Below are positions 53,620-64,000 of a stretch of 64,000 nt of DNA, piece by piece (the stretch's first letter is position 1; each line of letters opens with the position of its first letter). This DNA is from Octopus sinensis (taxonomy: Eukaryota). Under the pieces are notes generated by a model, which saw only the letters and a list, made by a program, of their open reading frames with translations, ran no database searches and was not told the origin of the DNA. Location of the stretch: positions 19,406,001-19,470,000 of the forward strand of contig NC_043020.1 in NCBI RefSeq assembly GCF_006345805.1. The letters are read 5' to 3'. A program made the position numbers and the translations under genes.

Positions 53620-55079
53620 ATGTCAGCTACCTACGCATCGAAACTGAGATCTGCAAGTAGGGCTTCTCATCAAGATGATGGTCCTACCAATAGTCAGCTC
53701 AACGAACAGTTGCTGTTGCTCAAACAAGAGGTTGAGCACCTAAAGTCTGTTGTTGCTCTCTTACTGAATAAACAGTCTCCTGTTGACGCAGAGTCACCCT
53801 TGATTTCTTCCCTGGAGACGTCCAAACCGAAGGGAACAAAATCGAGGCGGCCAAAGAAGGCGAAGGAACCGGCGGTCGTTTCTGCACATGATCGTTCCCG
53901 TGCGGATTCTTCCTCATCTGCCTTTTCGGTCCCGGAGGTTCCCCAACCTAATTGAGGAGCGTAGACTCAAACCCACCTGAAGACCGTTGTTCTCCCCAAA
54001 AGAAGAAACGTCGTCAAAACTCCAGTGGGGCGGATTTAGCTATGAAACCTGACCACGATAAACGGTCTCCTGTTGACGCAGAGTCACCCTTGATTTCTTC
54101 CCTGGAGACGTCCAAACCGAAGGGAACAAAATCGAAGCGGCCAAAGAAGGCGAAGGAACCGGCGGTCGTTCCTGCACATGATCGTTCCTGTGCGGATTCT
54201 TCCTCATCTGCCTTTTCGGTCCCGGAGGTTCCCCAACCTAGTTCGAGGAGCGTAGACTCAAACCCACCTGAAGACCGTTGTTCTCCCCAAAAGAAGAAAC
54301 GTAGTCAAAACTCCAGAGGGGCAGATTTGGCTATGAAACCTGATCACGATAAAATCTGTTTGGATTCTCCTTCACTTGTCCTTCCCATTAATGCCATTGC
54401 TCAACCAATTCTGAACGATCTCGATGTGGGTTCATCTGGGGAGTGGTGCTCCCCCAAACCGAAGAAGAGGCAGTGCAGTTCCAAACCAGGCGGGAAAATT
54501 ATGACCACTAAATCCATTCCGATCGACCCCACAGGCCGACATAAGTCCGATGGCTATGAAACCACCCTTTCGAAATCCTCCAATGAAGAATCGAATACCG
54601 CAGCTCATAGTAGAGAACTTTTTGCCCACTCAAGATCGGCAATAATATATGGCAAGGCTGAATCCACCTGTGATACAGGCATAAACCGCCTAAAAGATGA
54701 CATTAATTTTGTTTCCGTTTTGGTTGGAAAATTGTTCTCTGTGAACGAAAATGTCAGTGTTCTTAAGGTCGCTCGGCTAGGAAGATTCCAAGCGAACCCA
54801 ACCGCAGATACTAGACCACGCCCAATAAAGGTAATCTTTTCTTCTGATCGGGAGGCTTCAGTCTTTCTGAACAGAGCTCAGACGCATGCCTGGGAGGACC
54901 CCAATATGGGTTTTCGCGAGGAATACTCACTAAGAGAGAGAATTCGCCGGAGGAACCTGATATCCGAGCTAAAGATGCGGAAACAAATGGGAGAGAAGGG
55001 TTTACGAATCCAAGATGGACAGATAATCAAGTCCTACCTCTGGTCCCATGCTGTAGTGCTGACAGGGAAAGTGATGTGA
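53620..55079 (+). CDS. LINE ORF1 (nucleic-acid-binding protein), split by a 1-nt deletion near 53953
   Basis: Track ORFs 53620-53955 and 53952-55079 join into one ~486-aa ORF if one C is restored (copy 1 cctaattgagg vs copy 2 cctagttcgagg). N-terminal coiled coil (LNEQLLLLKQEVEHLKSVV). C-terminal IIYGKAE...RLG...RPRPIKVIF...ERIRRRNLISELK.R...GE..L.I typical of invertebrate CR1/L2 ORF1. Confidence 0.85.
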
Positions 55080-57964
55080 GGGCAAATCGAAGTGAAGTTG
55101 ATACCCCCGTCAACGATGCTATCTCTGATGCCCTTTATTCTGCTTGTTCCCCAACTCCCGCTCCTCAGACTTCACAGCTCAGCATCGTCTACACCAACTC
55201 GTGCTCCTTATTCCCAAAGTTCAGTGAACTATTTACACTGGCCCTACGCGACTCCCCTGATGTGATAGCTATCACCGAGACTTGGCTGACTCCAGCAGTA
55301 AAGGACTCAGAGATCCACCTGCAGGGCTACGTCCTTTTCAGATGTGACAGAGGAAAAAGGCGAGGTGGAGGTGTTGCTGTGTATGTTAAGTCTGAGCACA
55401 AACCGTCCTGCGGTATTCTATCCACAAATGCTCAACCTACAACCAAATTCGATGCCGTCTATTGCAAGCTGAGCCTATCTGAGTTTTGCCTGCCCGTGTT
55501 GGCTGTCTACAGGCCGCCTCTAGCCGACCCCCAGGACGATGCTCATCTACTCGAAGCGATAAGATTCGTTTCAGCTTCGCATGACTGCTTGGTACTAGGC
55601 GACTTCAACGCTCCCACGATCGATTGGCCCGCATCAATTTGTACAACATCTTCCCGGTTCGGCCAGGCCCTTCTTGACGTGGCTGAAGATTGTTTTCTAT
55701 CGCAACATGTTGAATATCCGACAAGGCATCGGTCTGGGCAGCAGCCATCTATGCTAGATCTGGTATTCTCCCGCTATCCAAGATCAGTGTCAGACGTATC
55801 TGTGTGCGCCCCTCTTGCCAAGAGTGATCATGCGGTCCTGAAGTTCGTCATGCACACAACTTTTTCCACGCCCACGATTACTTCGCTGCCACGTAGAGTC
55901 TTCTCTGCAATTAATCTTGAAATTCTAACCGAGGCTTCCGCGCTTCTGGACTGGCGTTCCCTGATGACGTTGTCCTCAGTTGACGAACTATGGTCATCCC
56001 TCAAAGCATATGTAATCTGTTTGACTGACCAGGCAGTTCCCGTTGGACTTCCCAAGAGGAAGAAACACAAGCCCTGGGTGACGAAGAAGGTTAAACGAGA
56101 ACGTCGACTCAGAGATATTGCTTGGGCTGAATTCAAAAATCTGGATTCGACTGCAGCTTTTGAGGTGTACAAAACTCAACGAGACCGAGCCGTGAAAATT
56201 GAAAAGAAAGAACGCTTCAGTTATGAATACAAAATCGCGGCAAATGCCAGTAGCAATCCAAAAACCTTCTTTGCCCATGTCCAGCGGAATTCCCGCTTGA
56301 ACAACCAGATTGCAACGTTGGTAGACTCAACAGGCGTATCGATTGAGGACCCTTATCAACAGAGTCAATTATTTGCCGAGGCTTTTTCAACTATTTTCAA
56401 ACAAGATGATGGTCGTGAACCCCCTCCATTTGATAGATCGGTACCTCCAATGCTTCGATTGATCATCACGCGGGACCAAGTCAAACGTGTTATTCAAGGC
56501 CTCGATGTCAACAAGGGTCACGGCCCTGACGGCATACACCCACGGGTTATCAAAGCGTTGGCTCCGGTCATCTGCGAGCCCTTAACACGACTATTCAATA
56601 TGTCATTGGCGACGGGTGTTATACCTGCAGACTGGAGAACAGCGATAATCTGCCCAATTTTCAAGAAAGGGAGCCGCGAAGACCCGCTTAACTATCGACC
56701 GGTTTCCCTTACATCAATAATCAGCAAGATGTTCGAAACCATCCTTAAGAAAAGTATGATGCTCCACCTCCTAAACACAGCCTCGATCACTGATTCCCAA
56801 CACGGCTTCGTGCCGAAGAGATCATGCTTGACCAACTTACTAGTAATGGAAGAATTGGTGACGCGCATCCTCGATGATAGTGATGCTGTTGACATCGTTT
56901 TATTGGACTTTGCCAAAGCTTTTGACTCGGTAAACCACCGCCTACTACTTGTCAAGCTTCAAGCATATAGTTTCCATCCGGATATTGTACGATGGGTTGG
57001 TGCCTTCCTCTCAGATCGCTCCTTCCAAGTTCAAGTTAATGGTTCGCGGTCCGACGTCTCCAGTGCGAGCAGTGGCGTGCCTCAAGGTTCAGTGCTTGGG
57101 CCCTTGTTGTTCTTAGTCTTCATAAATGACTTGCCCGACGACCTCACGCAACACACCCTTCTATTTGCCGACGATATCAAACTGGTCGCTCCTCGCGGTA
57201 GTATAGAGGATCTTCGTCGATGCCTCCACCAAATTTGGAAGTGGTCTAACGATTGGGACCTGTGTCTGAACGTGTCAAAGTGCTGTCATCTGCCTGTCGG
57301 CTCTACTCCTGCAACTCAACTTGATTTCGAGCCGGGTCGTCTGCTGCTGGAGAGGACCGATCAGGTAAAGGACCTGGGTATCTTGGTGGATTCCTCCTTT
57401 TCGCCTTCGGCCCAGTGCGTCCATGCTGCCAACAAAGCGCGCGGAATTCTGTTTTTGATTCGACGGTCATTCGGAATGCTCACAGCAGCCATATTCCTGC
57501 CACTCTATGTCACGCTGGTGAGACCCATATTGGAGTATGGGATTCAAGCCTCTTCTCCTTATCTCCTCAAAGACATACAGCACCTCGAAAGAGTCCAGAG
57601 GCTGGCTACCCGCATGGTTCATGGTCTCAAAAATTTGTCCTACGAAGAAAGGCTGAGGACGCTCGACCTTTGTTCTCTTGAAAAACGCCGCCGCCGTGGT
57701 GATCTCATTCTCGCCCACAACATCATAAGCGGGAAGTGTAACCTCTCGAAAGAGCTGTTCTTCACTCCTGCTCCGGAGCGTCGGCTGCGGGGTCATTCCG
57801 AAAAGCTCTACCTGCGACGATTTCATCTCAATCGAAGGAGAGGAGCTTTCTCCGTCCGGGTTGCGGATCCGTGGAACAAGCTGCCAGACGAGATGGTGAA
57901 GATGCCGACGACCGCTTTGTTCAAAGCCTCCCTGGACCTCAAGTGGCCTGAACTCTTTACATGA
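55076..57964 (+). CDS. LINE ORF2: apurinic-like endonuclease + reverse transcriptase, uninterrupted
   Basis: 962-codon ORF. EN motifs YTN, DVIAITETWL, GGGVAVYV, VYRPP, LGDFN, LDLVF, SDH. RT motifs PIFKKG...NYRPVSLTS, QHGF, LDFAKAFDSVNH, GVPQGSVLGPLLF, LFADD, KDLG. The track start is GTG; the first ATG is at 55751. Confidence 0.95.
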   Translation: MRANRSEVDTPVNDAISDALYSACSPTPAPQTSQLSIVYTNSCSLFPKFSELFTLALRDSPDVIAITETWLTPAVKDSEIHLQGYVLFRCDRGKRRGGGVAVYVKSEHKPSCGILSTNAQPTTKFDAVYCKLSLSEFCLPVLAVYRPPLADPQDDAHLLEAIRFVSASHDCLVLGDFNAPTIDWPASICTTSSRFGQALLDVAEDCFLSQHVEYPTRHRSGQQPSMLDLVFSRYPRSVSDVSVCAPLAKSDHAVLKFVMHTTFSTPTITSLPRRVFSAINLEILTEASALLDWRSLMTLSSVDELWSSLKAYVICLTDQAVPVGLPKRKKHKPWVTKKVKRERRLRDIAWAEFKNLDSTAAFEVYKTQRDRAVKIEKKERFSYEYKIAANASSNPKTFFAHVQRNSRLNNQIATLVDSTGVSIEDPYQQSQLFAEAFSTIFKQDDGREPPPFDRSVPPMLRLIITRDQVKRVIQGLDVNKGHGPDGIHPRVIKALAPVICEPLTRLFNMSLATGVIPADWRTAIICPIFKKGSREDPLNYRPVSLTSIISKMFETILKKSMMLHLLNTASITDSQHGFVPKRSCLTNLLVMEELVTRILDDSDAVDIVLLDFAKAFDSVNHRLLLVKLQAYSFHPDIVRWVGAFLSDRSFQVQVNGSRSDVSSASSGVPQGSVLGPLLFLVFINDLPDDLTQHTLLFADDIKLVAPRGSIEDLRRCLHQIWKWSNDWDLCLNVSKCCHLPVGSTPATQLDFEPGRLLLERTDQVKDLGILVDSSFSPSAQCVHAANKARGILFLIRRSFGMLTAAIFLPLYVTLVRPILEYGIQASSPYLLKDIQHLERVQRLATRMVHGLKNLSYEERLRTLDLCSLEKRRRRGDLILAHNIISGKCNLSKELFFTPAPERRLRGHSEKLYLRRFHLNRRRGAFSVRVADPWNKLPDEMVKMPTTALFKASLDLKWPELFT

Positions 57965-57984
57965 ACACCACCCTGTACTTAACT

Positions 57985-58028
57985 CCATGTCCCCCTACAT
58001 GGCCTTGCTATTTGCTTTTGAGCCAAAT

Positions 58029-58060
<32 letters not shown>
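57985..58060 (+). other. LINE 3' stem-loop and microsatellite tail
   Basis: CCATGT-ccccct-ACATGG hairpin (57985-58002) followed by (TAAC)n. CR1-type 3' ends carry a stem-loop plus a short tandem-repeat tail. Confidence 0.7.
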
Positions 58061-58082
58061 ATACATATACACGCACACATGC

Positions 58083-58168
<86 letters not shown>

Positions 58169-58704
58169 TAGATATCAAGTTAGAGGGGTTTAATACCTGT
58201 AAGGGATAATTAAATCCAGAGTCGCACCTGGCTATTAGCTGGGTAGGTACAGTCTTTTGTAAGATTGTACGGCAGCAAGTGGTTCGGTTGGTAAACCGGA
58301 GTTTAGGTTATATAGGAGAAGAAAATGGATATGATAATAAGGGGAAACTCGTGGTTTTCGCTGGTATGTCTTTAATTAAATTGATAACAAAAAAAGAAGA
58401 AGAAGAGTCGAGGGTAACATTTACGATCGTTTCATTTACTGGTTTAAGTAAATCTCTTCAGAATGCGAGTATAGATAGATGCATCGGTTAGGATGCGAAA
58501 ATAATTAATACATATGTGATAGTAATGTAAACAAAATGGTAATCCTTACATTAAATTTTTATTCTTGCGCTGGTAAATTCGCTGGTAGAGGTTTGCTTGT
58601 GGTAGATTGGTTAGTTTCGTTGGGTAATTAGGGCGGGGTGAGTATTATTTAAGTGCGGGTTTCCTAGTTTAATTAAGCACATTTTTTCGCACATGTGTAT
58701 TCTC

Positions 58705-58930
58705 AGATATAAAACGCATCTATCCAGCTTCAGAAATAGGAATAAGGCTAACTCAACAGGGCTAAGTGCATACATTTGAGAACTTAAGGATAAAAAAATA
58801 GATTTTAGCTTAAACTGGCGCATACAACCTCCTGCAACATCGCAAATAGACGCTGCGATCTCAGCTTATCAGAACGCCTAGCTTTCCTTACGGCTAAGCA
58901 AATCCTTCTCAACAGGAAATTTGAGAACAA
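58705..58930 (+). pseudogene. Penelope-like GIY-YIG C-terminal relic
   Basis: RYKTHLSSFRNRNKANSTGLSAYI*ELKDKKIDFSLNWRI, then frameshifted RRCDLSLSERLAFLTAKQILLNRKFE. Matches the PLE H.SSF...NST.LS..IW.LK...W.I...C.LC..EK..I...LLN.R.E pattern. Confidence 0.65.
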
Positions 58931-59289
58931 CAATTTTTTGTCTTCACCAGAACATATATATATGGTCGGCTAAAAGTTTATAGATTGACCAAGATACTCT
59001 CATGGAATGTAACCCAATGAGGTTTATTTTTCAGCATAAACCCTCTTGCGGTCCACAGACTTCTTCCATTAGTGTTGCTGTGCTTGGGTCACATTTCTTC
59101 CGTGTTTTGGCATGATGTTACAGAGACTGGGGTAGTTGAGGTGAAACTGTTCTGTCTTAGACTTGTGATATGACGCGAGCATGGTTTATGTAGAGAACGA
59201 ATGGCATGTGTATAAGTATGTATGCACGGTACGTATATCATAATTTGTTTTATTTCAAGATTTCTTGCCACTAGAGAAAGAGCTAGTTT

Positions 59290-59455
59290 CTAAGCTAGAA
59301 ACAAAGCTTCTTCATTAGAATTTCAGCAACATCACTTTGTCCACAAATTCTGCACTTATCACTTTCTGATGTGTTGTCTATTCTAAATTTGATGTAATTG
59401 GTTCTTAATGCTTGCTCTTGGGCAGCACAGATTAGAGCCTCTGTTTCCGGTTCTA
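59290..59455 (-). pseudogene. R4-like CCHC-proximal fragment
   Basis: EPETEALICAAQEQALRTNYIKFRIDNTSESDKCRICG. Confidence 0.75.
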
Positions 59456-60029
59456 TGTATGTATGTATGTATGTATGTATGTATGTATGTATGTATGTAT
59501 GTATGCATGCATGCATGCATGCATGTATGTATGTATGTATGTATGTATGTATGTATGTATGTATGTATGTATGTATTCCACAGGGATGTGGAAATACCTG
59601 GGTTGGTGTCCAGACGCGTGGTTGCCCTACTGGGATTAGGAGGCTCCTCTGTTGTTGACACAACATCTCTCTAGGAGAGGGAAATTCTGAGAGAAAACTT
59701 GCGACACTGATAATATTCGATAATGTAGACCAGTTCTTCTTTTCGAGTTTATGCTGTCCATTTTCAAAGAGTGGGATGGGATTTTTGCAGATTCTTTCCC
59801 TACTATAAAAAAATAATCACATACAGGCATCGCTTCAAAAAAGTAAGACCTGTCACAAAGATGGCTGGTCGTAGCCTTCGCATGTGTAGGAATTTCGATC
59901 AGGCGATGGCAATATTCGAACACGAAATTACAGCCATCATATATATGTGCAGATTCGTATGCTTTGCTTTATGTATGTATTCTCATGAATATAGTTGCAT
60001 ATCTAGACATGCTGATATATGTTTAAATG

Positions 60030-60560
60030 ATAAACTTTCGGAAAGTTTTACAACTTTTTAAAGTTCGAGTGATGGCTTGAATCTTAGTCTTCGAATCAAC
60101 TTTCTCCTTCCTCGATTTGAGAAGATTACTTTCTCAAGATTGGTTTTTAGGCGAGCTGGCAGAAACGTTAGCACGCCGGGCGAAATGCTTAGCAGTATTT
60201 CGTCTGCCGCTACGTTCTGAGTTCAAATTCCGCCGAGGTCGACTTTGCCTTTCATCCTTTCGGATGTACCACTTACGCACTGGGGTCGATATAATCGACT
60301 TAATCCGTTTGTCTGTCCTTGTTTGTCCTCTCTGTGTGTAGCCCCTTGTGGGCAGTAAAGAAATAAGATTGGTATTTAGGCAGTGTTTTACATGCCCCGG
60401 TGCCTCAATAATTACAGGTATAAACCTGAACTTGTAATCTGGATAGAGTAACTGTAGATTTCTCAATAGTTCAAGGTATTTTCTTTTTGCTGAGCTTCAG
60501 CTTTATGTTAACATCCCCCGGGCAGCTGATTTCTACAACAGATTCTCTTCTCTTCTCTAT
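60030..60560 (-). pseudogene. Second R4-like family 3' end, interrupted by a SINE (same family at 17040-17310 minus)
   Basis: VVEISCP..KY.ELLRNLQLLYPDYKFRFIPVII..GHVKHCLNTNL..RRKLIRRL. SINE 60148-60366 has TSD aagattggt(t/a)tttaggc. Confidence 0.75.
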
Positions 60561-60854
60561 CCCAAATCGCTATGTCAGGTCAATGTATGTATGTATGTAT
60601 GTATGTACGTATGCATATATGTATGTGTGTATGTATGTATTTATGTACGTATGCATACATGTATGTAGGTACATATGTACGTATGTATGTACGTACGTAT
60701 GTACGTATGTAGGTATGTAGGTATGTACGTATGTATGTATGTGTATGTATGTATGTGTATGTGTACGTACGTATGTATGCATGCGTATATGTGTGCATGT
60801 ATGTGTGTGTAGATGTATGTATGTGTGTATGTACGCATGTTTCTATGTATGTAG

Positions 60855-60888
<34 letters not shown>

Positions 60889-61170
60889 TGTATGTATGTA
60901 TGTATGCATTATGTTTGTATGAATGTACGTATGTACGTATGTACGTATGCATATATGTATGTGTGTGTATGTATGTAGGTACGTACGAACGTATATATGT
61001 ACGTACATTTGTACGTATGTATATATGTATATATGTATGTACGTATGTATGTATATGTATGTATGTGTATGTGTACGTACGTATGTATGCATACGTATAT
61101 GTGTGCATGTATGTGTGTGTAGATGTATGTACGCATGTGTTTCTATGTATGCATGCGCGCGCGTGTGCGC

Positions 61171-61207
<37 letters not shown>

Positions 61208-61415
61208 TATGTACTGGCCGAAGAGATTACTCACTGGCGAGAGAATCATTCAGAAACTGGTTTTGTCAGAGAAAAGTACATTGTGGTGCAATGTACTTTT
61301 CTCGTCATCTTAAATATTACCTTCATTTAAATATTACTTTCAAGAATACTGCATATTTTAAATATTACCGTTCTGCATTGCAGCGTCTGTCAAATGAATT
61401 CTTTACTCGTTTCAG

Positions 61416-61550
61416 ATAAATCGTCTAAAGATCGTCTACGACAGACTCTACAGGAGGTTCGTGAGCAAGATGGAAACATTAGACAATTCGATGGGTGCGA
61501 ATGAGAGACAATCACAACAGGAAGTCCAAAACATCTTAGATACTCTAGGG
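61416..61550 (+). CDS. Candidate downstream exon of the coiled-coil gene (phase 0)
   Basis: ttctttactcgtttcag| then INRLKIVYDRLYRRFVSKMETLDNSMGANERQSQQEVQNILDTLG. The donor ggg|gtacta is weak, so the 3' end is uncertain. Confidence 0.35.
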
Positions 61551-61565
61551 GTACTAGTTGTTGCT

Positions 61566-61614
<49 letters not shown>

Positions 61615-63329
61615 CCATCATCATTATTATCATTATTTTTATTTTTATTTTCGTTGTTGTTGTTGTTGTTGTTGTTGTTAAGGTGGCGAACTGGCAGAAA
61701 CGTTAGCACGCCGGGTGAAATGCTTAGCGGTATTTCGTCTGCCGTTACGTTCTGAGTTCAAATACCGCCGCGGTCGACTTTGCCTTTCATCCTTCCGGGA
61801 TCGATAAATTAAGTACCAGTTACGCACAGGGGTCGATGTAATCGACTTAATCCCTTTGTCTGTCCTTGTTTGTCCTCTCTGAGTTTAGCCCCTTGCGGGT
61901 AGTAAAGAGATAGGTATTTCGTCTGCCGTTACGTTCTGAGTTCAAATTCCGCCGAGGTCGACTTTGCCTTTCATCCTTTCGGGGTCGATAAATTAAGTAC
62001 CTGTTACGCACAGGGATCGATATAATCGACTTCATCCGTTTGTCTGTCTTTGTTTGACCTCTCTGTGTTTAGCCCTTCTGGGTAGTAAAGATAAAGGTAT
62101 TTCATCGGCCGCTACGTCCTGAGTTCAGATTCCGCCGAAGTCGATTAAATAAGTAATCGATTTAACCCCTTCCCCTAGATTTGAGGCCTTGTGCTTCCAG
62201 TAGAAGGATTATTGTTGTTGTTGTTGTTTTTGTTGTTGTTGTTGTTGTTTTACTTTTGTGAATGTTTGGTCTGGTTTTTTCTGGTTGATTATATGAGAGC
62301 GGACAGTTCTCTTTTCCTCACATTATAATCTTTGATACTTCGTTGTTAATTATCGCGGGAGACATTCAACATCCAAGTACCAATCTCAAAATCCTAGCTG
62401 TCTCCAGAAAAACAGTTTTGGGGGTTTGCCCTGGTCTCATGTCAATTCAGATTTCTCGATCTTGGTTGTTAGTACCCCGAGTGCCCCTTCACCTACTAGA
62501 ATGACACACTCTCCTCATAGTCCACATTCTTACAATTTCATCATTTAGTAGTCTGTACTTTTCAATCTTTACTAGTTCTTTGTCATTTATGCGTACATAA
62601 ATTATTAATTCCTGTTCATTATATGAACGACAATAACGCAAATAATGAAGGTTTCAACAAAGGAATTAACTATTGGAAATATATAAACATAGAAGCGATG
62701 GAAAGAGAGAAAGAGAGAGACAGTGGGGAGAGAAGGTAGTAAGACATTAAAAAATGTTTTACAGGCGTAGGAGTGGCTGTGTGATAAGTAGCTTGCTAAC
62801 CAACCACATTGTTCCGGTTCAATCCCACTGCGTGGCACCTTCGGCAAGTGTCTTCTACTATAGCCTCAGGCCAACCAAAGCCTTGTGAGTGGATTTGGTA
62901 GACGGAAACTGAAAGAAGCCCGTCGTATATATGTATATATATATATGTATATATGTATGTGTGTGTATATATATTTGTGTGTCTGTGTTTGCCCCCCCCC
63001 AAACATTACCTGATAATCGATGCTGGTGTGTTTGCGTCCCCGTAACTTAGCGGTTCGGCAAAAGAGACCGATAGAATAAGTACTAGGCTTACAAAGAATA
63101 AGTCCTGGGGTCGATTTGCTCGACTAAAGGCGGTGCTTCAGCATGGCTGCAGTCAAATGACTGAAAAAATAAGTGAATGAAAATGAATCATTGAGTTAAA
63201 AGAGACTTGATAAAAAACACATTAAAATGGGAGTTTTTGAAAAGTTTCTAGACAATGTAGAATTTAAATACTTTCATATAGTAAGCTACTTTCTCCATTA
63301 TAGTACAGATCATTATTATCAATGTTGTT

Positions 63330-64000
63330 GTTGTAGTTGTTGTTGTTTTACTCTTCAGAACGTTCAGTCTTGTTTGTTCTGGTAGATTATGTGACAGCGG
63401 ACAGCATCCAACTGTCAGAGGTCTCACAGGGTCTCATTCCGCACATAATAAGCTTTGACACTTGGTTGTTAATTATCGCGGGAGACATTCAACATCCAAG
63501 TACCCATCTCCAAATCCTAGCTGTCCCCAGAAAAGCAGTTTTGGGGTTTGCCCTGCTCTCATGTCAATTCAGATTTCTCGAAGTTGGTTGTTAGTACTCC
63601 GAGTGCCCCTTCACCTACAAGAATGACAGACACTCTCCTCATAGTCCACATTCTTGCAATTTCATCATTTAGTAGTCTATACTTTTCAATCTTTATTAGT
63701 TCTTTGTCACTTATGCGTACATCTTCAGGTATTGCAATATCTATAATTTGGGATTCCTTTTCTTCCCTTTATCTACCACAACAATATCTGGTCTCCGAGC
63801 ATCAATTAGGGAGTCACATTGGATTGTAAAATCCCACAGTATATGTTCCTTGTTCTCGGTGACTTATTCTAGTTCATATTTGTACCGTTTCCGTGCTCTA
63901 GTACTCTTTTCTGTACGTTATATATATTTGTTAGCCCTTGTCTTTTTGTTATGTATTTGTCTTTTTTATCATACCTAATGCGCCTATTACGATAGGAATT
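63330..64000 (-). pseudogene. R4/Dong-like non-LTR element 3' part (restriction-like endonuclease); shorter copy at 62220-62590
   Basis: LWDFTIQCDSLIDARRPDIVVVDK..IIDIAIPEDVRINDKELIKIEKY..VGEGALGVLTT, with a frameshift. (CAA)n tail. Confidence 0.85.

Larger units (their letters stand above)
53401..58060 (+). mobile_element. Full-length CR1-clade non-LTR retrotransposon (LINE), about 4.66 kb
   Basis: 5'UTR + ORF1 + ORF2 (APE endonuclease, RT, CR1-type C-terminal YEERL..L..SLEKRRRRGDLI) + short 3'UTR + (TAAC)n tail 58029-58060. Possible short TSD ACATAC at 53395-53400 and 58059-58064. Visibly more GC-rich than the flanks. Confidence 0.95.

Noticed and set aside
55065-55071. GGGAAAG heptamer just before the ORF1 stop
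   Set aside because: It is phased GGG AAA G in ORF1, not X XXY YYZ, and ends in G, so it is not a canonical -1 site.
55828-57988. Antisense ORFs within LINE ORF2 (55828-56172, 55994-56278, 56692-56955, 57467-57988)
   Set aside because: Shadow ORFs expected opposite a long GC-rich coding frame; no motifs.
59771-60061. 96-aa ORF with nearby AG/GT sites as a possible further exon
   Set aside because: The phase-0 readings from both plausible acceptors hit stops, and there is no similarity to the repeat exons.

Overview
AT-rich, microsatellite- and SINE-dense animal genomic DNA. The tRNA-headed SINE families look like those of octopus (my recognition, not a database result). There are no prokaryotic features and no CRISPR array. 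Main content: (1) a full-length CR1-clade LINE (about 53401-58060, +) with intact APE-RT ORF2 and an ORF1 carrying a 291-bp internal duplication plus a 1-nt frameshift. ORF2 has no AUG before its endonuclease domain and overlaps ORF1 in the -1 frame across two correctly phased slippery heptamers. (2) A + strand multi-exon host gene of unknown identity, whose coiled-coil region is built from tandemly duplicated 96/99-nt phase-0 exons (45.7-51.6 kb firm; upstream and downstream exons tentative). (3) At least seven hammerhead-ribozyme-like motifs in Penelope-like remnants or next to a SINE: one fully canonical, several sharing an extra core nucleotide and an ACGU palindromic stem III, and one following a tRNA-derived SINE. 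(4) Many nested DNA-transposon relics and MITEs (hAT, mariner, maT, Tc2/Tigger-like, Merlin-like with telomere-like cores, Ginger-like) plus R4-like, RTE, Penelope and Helitron fragments. Nearly all short ORFs in the supplied track are microsatellite artefacts. All alignments, folds and translations were done by eye; repeat boundaries are approximate unless a TSD or TIR is given.
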